Virus record (IMG/VR): IMGVR_UViG_3300031576_000002
Span: 124,001-188,000 of that record
Reading direction: 5' to 3' (one strand)
DNA: 64,000 nt
Shown: piece by piece, positions 36,048 through 46,483 of the stretch
Numbering within the stretch: the first letter of the stretch is position 1
Layout of the letters: each line of letters opens with the position of its first letter
The notes under the pieces: generated by a model
Told to the model about the DNA's origin: nothing
Seen by the model: only the letters and a program-made list of their open reading frames with translations
The model's database searches: none
Made by a program: the position numbers and the translations under genes

Positions 36048-37273
36048 CATGCGTGACTCCTTAAGCCCTCTGTGCTACCATCCAGCCATGCGGCGTTCCT
36101 ACAAGTTCCGGCTTCAACCGACCAAGGCTCAGGAGATCAATCTCCAGAGGCTCCTGGACTACTGCCGCTTTCTCTACAACTGCGCTTTGGAGCAGCGTAT
36201 TACAGAATACAAACAGCATAAGAGGACTCTCAGCTACTACGATCAAGCCTTAGAACTTAAGCACGTATCCAAGCAGGTAGAAGGCTACGACACAGTCTAC
36301 GCCAAAGTCTTGCAGGTTGTCCTTCAAAAACTGGATCTAGCTTACAAGGCTTTCTTCAGAAGGATCAAGCGTGGAGAGAAGCCGGGCTTTCCACGGTTCA
36401 AGAGTAGGGATCGGTACGACTCCTTTACCTACAACCAGTCTGGTTTCAAGTTTGACAGTCAAAGGCTGCATCTTTCCAAGCTGGGCCATTTCCGCTGGAA
36501 TCCTTATCGACAACTTCCACCAGACGATAAGGTCAAAGAGGTCACAGTCAAAAGAGAAGCCGACGGTTGGTACGCAGTCTTATCCTGTGAGCTACCCCTT
36601 CCAGAACCTCTTCCCGCGACTGGAAAGGTCGTTGGTATTGATCTAGGCATGCAAGCTCTAGTTGCTACCTCAGATGGAATCGTAATTGAACGCCAACGTG
36701 TCTACGCCAAGAATGAGAAGAAGCTCAAGCATGCTCAGAGAACGGTTTCCAGAAGAAAGAAAGGCTCTAACCGTAGAAGAAAAGCAGTCAAGGTATTGGC
36801 TAAGGCTTGGCAGAAAGCTACAAGAACTCGGAAGCATATTCTTGATGGAGTGTCTAAGCAGTTGGTACAGAACTATGATCTGATTGCGGTTGAAGACCTG
36901 AACCTGAAAGGGATGAGTCAAGGGCTCAACCGTGGATTCAGGCGTAGCTTCAAGGATGTCGGAATGGGGATGTTGCTTCACATGCTGTCCTACAAAGCGG
37001 AAGAAGCTGGTAGGATAGTGGTGAAAGTAGATCCCAGAGGAACCAGCCAGGAATGTAGTGGATGCGGAGCAACTGTGAAGAAGAGTTTGAAAGAAAGAGT
37101 TCATAACTGCTCTGCTTGTGGCTTGGTCCTTGATAGAGATGTCAACGCGGCTAAAAACGTCTTAAGCAGGGCTCTGCTATCCCTTCGTGGAGAGGATACG
37201 CTTGTAAGTTCCTCTGTGAAGCGAGAAGATTTCTTAAGTGCTGCTCAGGCAGCGGCTTAAGCAATCACGCATG
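36048..37273 (+). mobile_element. tnpB-only cassette with terminal inverted repeats and 10-bp TSD (copy 2, 1226 bp)
   Basis: TIRs CATGCGTGACTCCTTAAGCC / CATGCGTGATTGCTTAAGCC (18/20); flanks CCCGTCGAGC (36038-36047) and CCCGTCGAAT (37274-37283). Confidence 0.9.
36088..37260 (+). CDS. tnpB: RNA-guided endonuclease TnpB (390 aa), close paralog of 22702-23874
   Basis: Same length and motifs as copy 1; stop TAA lies inside the right TIR. Confidence 0.95.
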   Translation: MRRSYKFRLQPTKAQEINLQRLLDYCRFLYNCALEQRITEYKQHKRTLSYYDQALELKHVSKQVEGYDTVYAKVLQVVLQKLDLAYKAFFRRIKRGEKPGFPRFKSRDRYDSFTYNQSGFKFDSQRLHLSKLGHFRWNPYRQLPPDDKVKEVTVKREADGWYAVLSCELPLPEPLPATGKVVGIDLGMQALVATSDGIVIERQRVYAKNEKKLKHAQRTVSRRKKGSNRRRKAVKVLAKAWQKATRTRKHILDGVSKQLVQNYDLIAVEDLNLKGMSQGLNRGFRRSFKDVGMGMLLHMLSYKAEEAGRIVVKVDPRGTSQECSGCGATVKKSLKERVHNCSACGLVLDRDVNAAKNVLSRALLSLRGEDTLVSSSVKREDFLSAAQAAA

Positions 37274-37602
37274 CCCGTCGAATCGCCGCCTGCCCAGGGA
37301 CTTCGCCAGTGGGGGAGGGGTAGGAGGTCATCCGACCGCAGCTCGATCGACATCTCTAGGGCTTGGTACTCGTAGCACTCCAAGCCCGCCAGCCACCAGC
37401 CAGAGGCAATCAGCTCCTCTTCCGAGGCGTCGGTAGGATCCTGCATGCAAACGTCGAATACGATCTGCGGCTCGTCAGCCATACCGCAGGTCGTCCGCTG
37501 AAGGGCCAGGATGGCGCAGAAGAAACCGGCCGGCGCCTTGGCCTCCGCCAACATCGGAATCCGCAAGGTGTGCGCAAGTAGGAGTAAGGCTAAGGCACGC
37601 AT
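37234..37602 (-). CDS. Hypothetical protein whose last codons are replaced by the cassette end
   Basis: Excising the cassette gives ..DSTG-TAG. Confidence 0.5.
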   Translation of the reverse strand: MRALALLLLAHTLRIPMLAEAKAPAGFFCAILALQRTTCGMADEPQIVFDVCMQDPTDASEEELIASGWWLAGLECYEYQALEMSIELRSDDLLPLPHWRSPWAGGDSTGMRDCLSRCLSST

Positions 37603-37661
37603 GCACCTATGTTACTTGAAGCGGGAGTACAGGACTAACTTACATGGCGCTGCTTCGCTTC

Positions 37662-39161
37662 TCAGCGAATTCCCGGTCGGGCAACTGAAAGGCCAAGGCG
37701 AATCTGTAGTGCCGCCTCTACCATGCCCAGGTCGTCAGCAATCATGCGCTCATGCAAATCAGGAAAGACGCGCACGGTGTCCGGTAGATTGAATGCGCGC
37801 CAAATCCTACTGACCCCTGCCCCTCCTTCCGGTGTGTCGCCACCGTGGTAGATAGCTGGAACAGGACGACCTTCCCCCATCGTCATCGACACTCTACCTC
37901 GTGGGATTCCGGCGTAGTGGCCTTCCAGACCCCGTAACTGTTTCTCCCAGAGCATCCGTAGCTCTTCCAGCACAACCGGCCAAAGACTTGCGTGGTCAGA
38001 ATCGGGATAGTCGCCTTCGTGAAAAGACGTCAGATCCCAGACAAACCCATCCTCAGCCGGAATAGGCAGCCACCAGTAAATCCCTACCGCAGCTCTGCCC
38101 TTCAAGCGTAAGCGTGCAAGCCGCGCTCGCCGCAGAGAATCGCGTATTCTACTTTTTGGCGGTTCCCGCGTGGAAGGCTAGAGGCGGGGCCGCTCCAGAT
38201 AGTGCAGCTTCAGCGGCTTCGGGAATTCCTGGAGGAACGTGAATCCTGCTTCTTGCACAGGAAGCTCCGCAGAGCTTGCAACTCGTAGCTTCTTCAGCAA
38301 GCGCATCGCCTGCCCGAGCGCCTTCTTCTGCCCGACCTTCTTGCTGTAGGTATCCATGTCGGTGCAAAAAGAGTAGCCGTACAGCTCGATGCCTTCGGGC
38401 GTGGTGATCCGGCATTCCGTGATCGCGGTAATGCCGCGCTCTCTGCCCGTGATCTTCAACCAGACTTGGAGTGGCTGAAAGGGTCCAGCAACGTGCTTTT
38501 TGTTTTTGTCGTAGAAGTTGAGCCCCGACCGGAAGCATGTCCGGTAGCGGACCTTCAACCCATCGTAGTTCTCGACCTCCATGATGTCTCCTCGGATTGG
38601 ACTTACTATTCCCCTGGCCTGAACTGCTCGAACGCTTCGGCGGCTTCGTAGAATGCGGGTATCTTCTCCCACAATCGTTTCAGAGCCTCTTTCTTCGTCT
38701 TTCCTCTACCCTGCAAGATCGCGCCGCTCTTTCCCCCAGCCACGCTCTTCAAGACAAGGTCGGCGTACCAACGCCTCGACTTCGGATACGCCTGCCAGAA
38801 GTTGACTTCCAGCTTGTAGGAGAGTTCGGTTTTCGCCATGGTTGTACTATACCCCACGCTTTCAAGAATTCCACACTTCGGTGTCTTCCTGCGGCCAGCC
38901 TCGCTCGTAGTAGATCAGGCGCAGCCGAGTCTCGCAGCGGGCACAGAGAAGGGCCGGAGGATCGCGGCGTGGCGCGTCTACGGCTACGCGCTCACTCATA
39001 CTCTCGCCGTACCCGCAGTTACACCCCCAGCGGTAAATATCGACGCGATAGCTTGTCATTAGAAAAACAGGAAGGCGACGAGAAAGATCCAGAGCAGGAT
39101 GTAGAGAACCGCTAGTACGTTCTCCACAAAGTCCCAAACTGCTTTCTTGAACCGCGCCCAA
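37662..39161 (-). other. Hypothetical CDS run (37662-38105, 38178-38582, 38606-38839, 38862-39050 region)
   Basis: Co-oriented ORFs; 38839 is a leaderless start 6 nt after TATAGT. Confidence 0.55.
38845..38852 (-). promoter_or_regulatory. GTATAGTA box, leaderless
   Basis: TATAGT 6 nt before ATG 38839. Confidence 0.65.
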
Positions 39162-39172
39162 GTTGTCATCAT

Positions 39173-39736
39173 TCAGCCCAGTACGATCAAGAGCGCGAGA
39201 GCGATGAACATCAGGCCCACCCCGGCTTCCACGGCTGTTCGCCAGAACTCCTCCTGCCGCTGCTCTCTGTAGTAGAGCCGGGACGGGACTGCTTCCGGGA
39301 TTCTATACCGGAACGGATCGTAGCGAAACGGTCTCGCGTCTCTCCTGCTTGCTGCCCACCACCAGGTCGGCTTACCCGGCTCGGCATCTGGGTGAGTCCG
39401 CATGTAGTTGTTTTCCTCGATCATGTCTTCCAGGAATGCCTCCCACCCGTAGACATGCTCAAAGCCTTTCGGCGGATCGCGGAAGTAACTGGGCTGGGTT
39501 CCGCCCCCGCTTTCGGCGGCAGAACCCGCCAGCAATTCGCAGCCTGCAAAACGATCGCTAGTCCGAGTCGGAGTTCCTGGATCTCCCGGCTCGCCGCCAG
39601 AGAAAAAGTGAAGGCGGCTCTCCCTCCAAGACACAGAAGCGGAAGTCCCGTGGATCTTCTCCAGAGCGTAGACTTCCTCGTGCTGGTGGAGAAACTGAGG
39701 ACAACGGTAGAGATTCTGAATGTGTAGGTAACTCAT
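39173..39736 (-). pseudogene. Rnl2-like RNA ligase N-terminal fragment (about 49 aa) fused to unrelated membrane-anchored sequence
   Basis: MSYLHIQNLY..VYALEKIHGTS (motif I KxHG)..FFSGGE; later ligase motifs absent; C-terminal TM helix. Confidence 0.6.
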
Positions 39737-39751
39737 TGGTGCTCCGTTATG

Positions 39752-42700
39752 TCAGCGCTTCCAGTCCGGTTTGCCGCGAAAGAAGTACATGACGTGGATT
39801 GGACACATTTCGTCCATCATGTTCTTTACGACTGTCATCCAGTACCTGCCGCGCATACGGTAATCGTCCAGTTTCACTTTGCCCGTGCATACTAAGCACT
39901 GGGCTCGCTTAGGGCGTTTGGCAGTTTTATTTTTCGCGGCCATCAGTTCCCTCTGCGCGCAGCATCGCAGCCATCTGGTCATCTCCCTGTTGCTCGATCG
40001 CGTGCTGCGATCTATAAGCGCATGTCCGCAAACAACTCCACTCTGATATAGACGCGCAGAGCAGCAGGCCCAGCGTAGGGTCATCGCAGAAGAAAAGGGC
40101 GCGGAAGAGGAGATCGTACATGCTACCCTTGATGTTCAGAACACGGCTTGGACAAATCACCGTAGGACTTCACCTCTTTGTGGCAACGCTCACAGTAGGT
40201 TCTAAAAAGCGTTGGCATCTTCTCGACTTCTTCACGATCAAGCCCTTCCTGCAACGCGCCCATTAGCACCAACCGCTCCACGGTGCTGAGACGCGGAATG
40301 GATGCGAGGATTTCCTGTAGCGTCATGGCTTGCTTCCCCCGAGAACTACTCAAACTTCCGCTCTCGCTCCGTGCGTCGCAAAGTATCATACGCGGTTTCC
40401 CCTCGTCTCATCAGATAACTGCACCCCATGGTTCCGCCCTTCCATGAACCTGAGCCTTCTCCCACTTCGTCACAAAACTTCACATTGATACTACGCCTGA
40501 TCTTTCGCGGAAAGGGAATTTGTAGCTTCCTCGAAAGCAGGGGACGCCACTCCAGCTCATCCACCGTGACCTCTGCGCAACGTCTCTGGACTTCCCCGCT
40601 GCGCAGCGTGTAGCGATAGGGGAATTCTTCGCGGTAGAGATCATTGCGTTTGTAGTCGCTCCAGGTCTTGAATGGAACCCAAGTTCCATCCTTACGAAGA
40701 AGGTCGTAACGTATGGCTGCACCCATATCCCAGGGCATGTGAATCAGCCACGTTCGTGAGCCCCAGTTAAGATACAGATCGCCAAGAAAGAACCCGAACC
40801 CCCAAGAGTCCATCGTCTCTTTTGGTTTCCGCCAAGCTGAGCAAACACGGAAGAATACCGACAGCCCAAACAGATCGGTGTGAAGGCCAAAGGCTTCTTC
40901 AGACAGATAGAACTTGATACTGAAGGTTGCCTGCTTCCGGAGTGTCAGCTCGCCCCAACTCATACGGTGGGTACCGTCTGCCTCCCATCGCTTTCCGCCG
41001 AGGGCGTGAAACCACTTCGGGGCTTCGTACAGACTCGCGTCACTCATAGCCCGTCCCCCCGTACCCAGTCCTGTCCTTCGCTGTTACCTACTTCGCGCGC
41101 CTCTTCCAGCCAGCAGAGGGTGCGATACCTACGCACTCCGCCAATCGGCCATGTCTTGATCTCGGACTCCACTTCATCATGTAACCGCCACCACGGCGTT
41201 CTCGGGTCCACCGCAGTCCACTTCTTCTCCCAGTATTCCACACGACCCTCACGCTTGAGTGCGCGTAGCGTACTGCTGATGCGGCGGTCGGGTACATGAA
41301 CAACGCGCCGCAAGTCCGCCAGAGTGCTAGCACCCCCCTTGAGGGCTGCGAGCACCAAGTCTTGGAGTACGATCACTTGCACGACACCGCCACGCCCTCG
41401 CGGCTCTTGCTTACCACCACTAGACAGACGGTCCCCTTCCAAGTTTCACACTCGTACACACGCGCATCCCGCAAGTCCTTGACATCCGAACAGATGGGAG
41501 AGTCCGAGTGGGGATCCTCTTCCACGGCAATCGCCTGCGGTTCAGTCAAATTCAGCCACACAGCCCAGATCACCACCGCTAAGAGAACGAGTGCAAGAAT
41601 GCCCGGAACGCGCTCTGGAAGCTTTTCCATCATCTCCTCCACCACCGGATGAACCGGCGGATCAACCCCGAGAGCCCCACGTTGCGCCCGCACCCAAGAC
41701 AATAGGCCGCAGCCCATTCGCCCTGCGGGTCATCCTCGTAACTGGTGAACCCGAACCACCAGGACCCGACGATAGGGTCGCCGTACTTGCAGTTGTGTCT
41801 CATGCCCACCTCCACGGCTGCAAGCCAAGCAATCTTAAAAGCATCCGTTCCAAGTATCCGTTTTCCACATTATACCCCACCAACCTGGCCCACTCCTCCC
41901 CGCCTCGCTTCGACATCCGCTTTTCTTCCGCAAACCATCCGGCGCATAATTCACGCCTATCCGCAAATTCCGCCAGAACCCCACGCGCCTCCGCGACAGC
42001 AAGATAGGTACGCTTGCTGGCGCATATTTGACCGTCTCCTACAAGAAGGGCACCGCGAAGCTCAACCCTAGCGACAACAGTGCCGTACCCGTACCGGAGT
42101 GCATCAATCGCCCGGTTACTACCAGTGAGCGCACGGGGGCCATAACTGGTTGGCGCCGCAACCGTGTGCGTATCACCGCTAACAATCTTCTGGCCGTCGT
42201 AGTTACCATCACTAAAATGCCAACCGCCCGTGTACCCTGCTTCAACCCGTTGAAAATTTTGGCTTTTCATGACGACTTGAGCCTCTCGTACAGTCTGTTG
42301 TCCAGTAGTTCGGCCGGCGCCGGATTACCCCACCCCAGGTCAAGCGATACAACGGGCACCTCTTCCGCCCCTGTCGCGAATATCCAGATATGGAAGAACG
42401 CGGTCCAGTGATGCTTTGGTACATTTGCACTCTTCCGAAACGGCTGCCGCACAATTGCCCTGCCCGTGTACTCTGCGCTCACAACTTGGACCCGTAGGCC
42501 ATACTCACGGCAGTCCGCGGCCTGCTGTTCCAACTTCTGGATGAAGTCGGCAGCATCGCTAGCCGCTAGAAGGCGGGGCCAGAACTGAGTCATGGGGTGT
42601 AGTCCCCGCTGGGATTCTTGGCGAATCGGGGTTTGAGTTCGCGCATGCGATCTTCAAACCACCGGGCGTTATCTTCTTGCGATTCTTTGCAAGCTTCAAT

Positions 42701-43139
42701 CGCTTGCTCCTGGGCTTGCCGGAAGCCTTCGGCAAGGGCTCGCTCATGGGCAAGGGTCGCCCGCTCAGTGACGTAGCGGCAGTATTCACATCTTTCGACA
42801 TAGTGACATTCGCCGGAGCGGGCGTGGGAAAAGCACGGGATCATCTTACACCTCCGGTACTACCTTCCAGGCACGAAATTCCGTCTTGCCCTCTAGCGGG
42901 TGCGAAAACTTCTGGCCCGGCCTTGGGGGTGGAACCTCTAGCGGCGGCATTTCTTCTACCTCGTAGCCGCGCCCCATCAGGTACCGGATCACGCTGGCGG
43001 CGTAGTCTGTCGGCACCGAACGCAGCACCTTCTCCCCGGGGTCGGAATAGCTGACGGCAAACTCGGCCGCCATCGCCAGCGCCACGACGTCTGGGTCGAT
43101 GTATGGTTGCCGTGTGCCCCAATAGGTAGATTTCGGCAT
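39752..43139 (-). other. Hypothetical CDS run including 40346-41047, wHTH 41044-41442, Cys-rich membrane protein 41373-41717, DUF7666-like 41800-42270, 42267-42593, 42590-42844, 42846-43139
   Basis: Dense co-oriented ORFs with start/stop overlaps; the DUF7666 resemblance (DALRY..VARVELRG..ASKRTYL) is from memory. Confidence 0.55.
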
Positions 43140-43141
43140 CG

Positions 43142-44539
43142 CTACACCTCCATCAGCGCGCGCAGCTCGGGATCCTGCGTGTCGGCGCGGAACGTGAAGC
43201 CTGTAGAATGGGGATGTCCACCCCCGCCATAGCGCTTGGCCAAGAGGCTGATGTCGAGGCGCTCCGGCTTGGAGCGAAGCGAGGCTTCGTACTGCGGTAT
43301 TACCTCCCTGCCAACGAACTGGTACGCTTCTGCGTATTCAGTACAACCACAATTCTCTACCATGCACTTGACCTTGGCATCCAAAAACAATTGATGCCCT
43401 CCGTTCCTATGGCCACAGATACAGAACTTCAAAGCTTCTAAATCGTCAGTTTCCTCCAAATACCGCTCAAACGCAGTCTTCGGTTGTCCTTCTGCCGCCA
43501 CGTCCTCCACCCGCCGAATGCACGCGGCGAAGTCGATGTCGTGCTTCAGGTAGAGGTGCTCGCATACCTCGTCCCGGAGGACGGACGTGCGGACCGCGAG
43601 ACCACTCAATCTGGCGAACACTTCCCTTGGTTTGAATGGGTCACCGGGACACCCACATATACAGCCCGCTACTGTACACTTAAGAGTCTGCAAGCTTTTC
43701 GTTCCCCGGTACTTGTCCTGCATCTCGTGCTCACTAATTTTATGGTGGCAGAGACAGACACCAGTTCCGCTCCCCCGCAGGGTTACGGGCCTCGCCCCCT
43801 GGGCGATCTGCTCGACGAGTTTCTGCTGAGCCCGCAGGATGGCGGTGCCCTGTTCCGCCAGTCGGGCCATCAGGTAGCTATCTCCATCCGGAGTCGGATC
43901 GTTCGTTTGCGTGAGGTTTTCCCACCACGACTGGAACGTCATGGGAAAGCTGCGGATCGCCGCGTTGACCTCGCGCGAATTGGGAAGTTTCCATCGCCAC
44001 AAGTCTCGATCTTGGACGACCCGGACGAGCAAAGGGGAAGGATGGCCATACTCCTCTGGCATGTACCCCGTCTCGTAAACTACACGCTTCATCCACTCGA
44101 CGAAGGATTCGGCAGCCGAGCCTATCGAAGATGGTTCGTCGCCGAACGACAGCAGAACTCCCGATTTGATGTCCCGAATCCACGTAGCGTACTGCCACGC
44201 CAGCCACGCGCCCGAATGATCCATGTCGAAAAAGCAGAAGTCCAAGTCTTTCAACTCATCGGCCGCGCTTTTGTGGTGGTCCAGCACGACCAGGCTCCTG
44301 GCCCGCTGCTTCATATCCAGCAGGGTGACGCGCGGGTAGCTAAGGTCCACGATGATGACGTCGCGGCCCTGCACGTCGGGAGGAGGCAGGTGGTAGCCGC
44401 CGGGGACGAATTCGGCGTCCTTGAGGCCACCCCACATTTCCAAAACGAACCTGGCGCAGTAGCCATCCTGACAACCAATGTCCTCCCCTTTTTCGTTCTT
44501 GGTGCCGTGGTAGAGGACGAGTGTGTTCTTGTCATTCAT
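43142..44539 (-). CDS. DHH/DHHA1 phosphoesterase with inserted Cys/His modules
   Basis: LYH..CQDG, IVDLS, VLDHHKS, QDRDLWRW, SLRS..DISLLAKRYGGGGHPHSTGF. Confidence 0.88.
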   Translation of the reverse strand: MNDKNTLVLYHGTKNEKGEDIGCQDGYCARFVLEMWGGLKDAEFVPGGYHLPPPDVQGRDVIIVDLSYPRVTLLDMKQRARSLVVLDHHKSAADELKDLDFCFFDMDHSGAWLAWQYATWIRDIKSGVLLSFGDEPSSIGSAAESFVEWMKRVVYETGYMPEEYGHPSPLLVRVVQDRDLWRWKLPNSREVNAAIRSFPMTFQSWWENLTQTNDPTPDGDSYLMARLAEQGTAILRAQQKLVEQIAQGARPVTLRGSGTGVCLCHHKISEHEMQDKYRGTKSLQTLKCTVAGCICGCPGDPFKPREVFARLSGLAVRTSVLRDEVCEHLYLKHDIDFAACIRRVEDVAAEGQPKTAFERYLEETDDLEALKFCICGHRNGGHQLFLDAKVKCMVENCGCTEYAEAYQFVGREVIPQYEASLRSKPERLDISLLAKRYGGGGHPHSTGFTFRADTQDPELRALMEV

Positions 44540-46205
44540 TTTGGTTGGTCTTTCCAGCCCGCACTGAAGTCGTCCAATACAAAAAGGACTTCAGACTTGC
44601 ACATGATCGGCTCTGTGGCGGCCCGCATCTTAGTCATGAAGGCGGCGTCCTCCGCCTCCATTTCCTTCCCTACTTCATCAGCCCGCACCATGCCGTCGAT
44701 CGCCATGAACATCAGGGAATCGTCTACCTCGATGGTGTTGCCCCCAAGGTCGATGAACGAATGCAAGGTTCCTTGTTTGTCCACCCCTCGGAACACCATG
44801 AGGTTGATTGATGGAACCGAGAAGCCGACGCCTTGGTAGCACTTGTCCTCACACTCGATCTCGGGGGAGAGGTAGACCATCAGCGGGCCTTCATTTTCGT
44901 TCATGTTTCTTTCCGCGGGATTAACCTGGCGCACAACGTCTCTAGAATGCGATGGTCCTCCAGGTACTCGATCTAAGCCACCATGGATTTGGCCCGATAC
45001 CAAGCATAGTGCTCCGCCAAAATTTCGAGCCAAAGCTCGAAGTAGCTCATCCTGATTTCCTCTGGGCATCCCACATGTCCACCCCCACGACGATACCGTG
45101 CAGGTAGATCATGAGGCTTGCGGCTAGCGCAATAACCGCCTTGGGTAACTCCGGCACGACCTCGGGTTCCCGAAGCATCAGCGCTAGGTACATCGTCCAG
45201 CACGAAACGAACAACACCACCGTGACGCCGCGTAGCCAGCGGCCCAGCAACTTTGTCTCTTTCGGTGTCATGCTCATCTCAGGACCAAGCCGTTCGACCA
45301 AATGGTCACAGATTTCATTATCGTGTCGAAGACCGCCCGCTCCTGTCGGACCGCACGATGAAACTCCTCCACATCATCCCGACACAAATCCACGGGGCGA
45401 CGCCCATCCATGATCGCGTCCCAGACCTTGATACGTCGGGCCTCCAACACCCACATGAGACGATCTCTCAAGACGGCCCCGAACACCAAGGCCTCGGATT
45501 TACTCACGGTCGGTACCATTTGATTCCCCCCAATCCCTTCCGTCGTACTGCCCCACCAGAGATAATACACCAACCAGTAGTGCAACCAGACCTACACTAC
45601 CGTCTCGAACAACCGCTTAGTGTCTTCGGTCTCGTCGATCCAAGTGGCGCCACACCAGTAGCAGTGGCGGTGCAGATGCTCGCGCCCAGGGCAGTCCGAG
45701 CAGCACCTTTCCCACGGGCGGAAGAGGAAGCGCTCGATCAAGCGGCTGAGCCACCAGGGTTGTCCAGGCGCCCAGCAGGTCGCGAGTTCCGATTCGACCC
45801 CGCACTTGCGACACTGGCCCTGGGTGCCGGGCAGCCCCCGATAGCCCCAGGGGTAGCCCACGGGGGCCAGCGGGGGGATGCGCTCGACAAACGATGGGCG
45901 TGGCCCCTGGATCGTCACGGTAGAATCCTTCCCCAGTACCGTCCGTGCGACCGCTGGACCGCCGCCAAGGACTCGCCCCGCAGCACCACGACCTCGACAT
46001 GGGACTTGTCCCTAGCCTCCTCGCGATCAATCCGGAAGCGCTCTGCCAGAGCTTCACGGCCCCGCGTACCGAAGTCTTCCAGCCGCAGGAGCTTGCCCGC
46101 GGGCCGGTCGTACACGATGAGGAAGTTGAGCATCTCCATAGATAATACACCAGCGCACGCCGGAATATGCGCCGTGCTTCGCGCTACGCCTGGTATTTGC
46201 GCCAC
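44536..46205 (-). other. Hypothetical CDS run (44536-44904, 45047-45301, 45274-45585, 45592-45918, 45915-46140 region)
   Basis: Co-oriented small ORFs; one has two TM helices and one is Cys-rich. Confidence 0.5.
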
Positions 46206-46483
46206 AATCGGCTACTCACAGTCTTGGAGGGTTTCCAAGCTGAGCACGCGCGAAACAGTTCTGCTTCCGTCGCGTTCCGGACGTTATCCCCGTTGCCCGT
46301 GCCCTTTAGCTGGTTGCACCAGCCATGCACCGCCTGTGTGTTCTCTAGCGTGTCCTTGCCGCCTTGCGATCTTGGAATGATGTGATCTACGGTAGCGTTG
46401 CGCCGATGCAGCTTTCTACCGCACAGGGCGCACACGTTCCCTTGATCTTTCATATTCTTGTCTAGCAAGTGTCGGTAGCTCAA
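46184..46483 (-). CDS. Small HNH endonuclease
   Basis: CALCG..TVDHIIPRSQGGKD..N..AVHGWCNQLKG. Confidence 0.9.
   Translation of the reverse strand: MSYRHLLDKNMKDQGNVCALCGRKLHRRNATVDHIIPRSQGGKDTLENTQAVHGWCNQLKGTGNGDNVRNATEAELFRACSAWKPSKTVSSRLWRKYQA

Noticed and set aside
35860-36087. 466-aa N-terminally extended TnpB from the ORF track
   Set aside because: The extension is antisense to the ATPase gene and crosses the element boundary; the paralog shows the true start is 36088.
43484-44839. Long plus-strand ORFs (e.g. 451 aa here; also 53638-54636, 56151-57137, 28479-29348, 25745-26539)
   Set aside because: Antisense shadows of well-supported minus-strand genes; no recognisable motifs.
46184-46483. 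Duplicated-3'-end homing arrangement at the fourth HNH
   Set aside because: No remnant of the upstream gene was found downstream; it looks like an ordinary small HNH.
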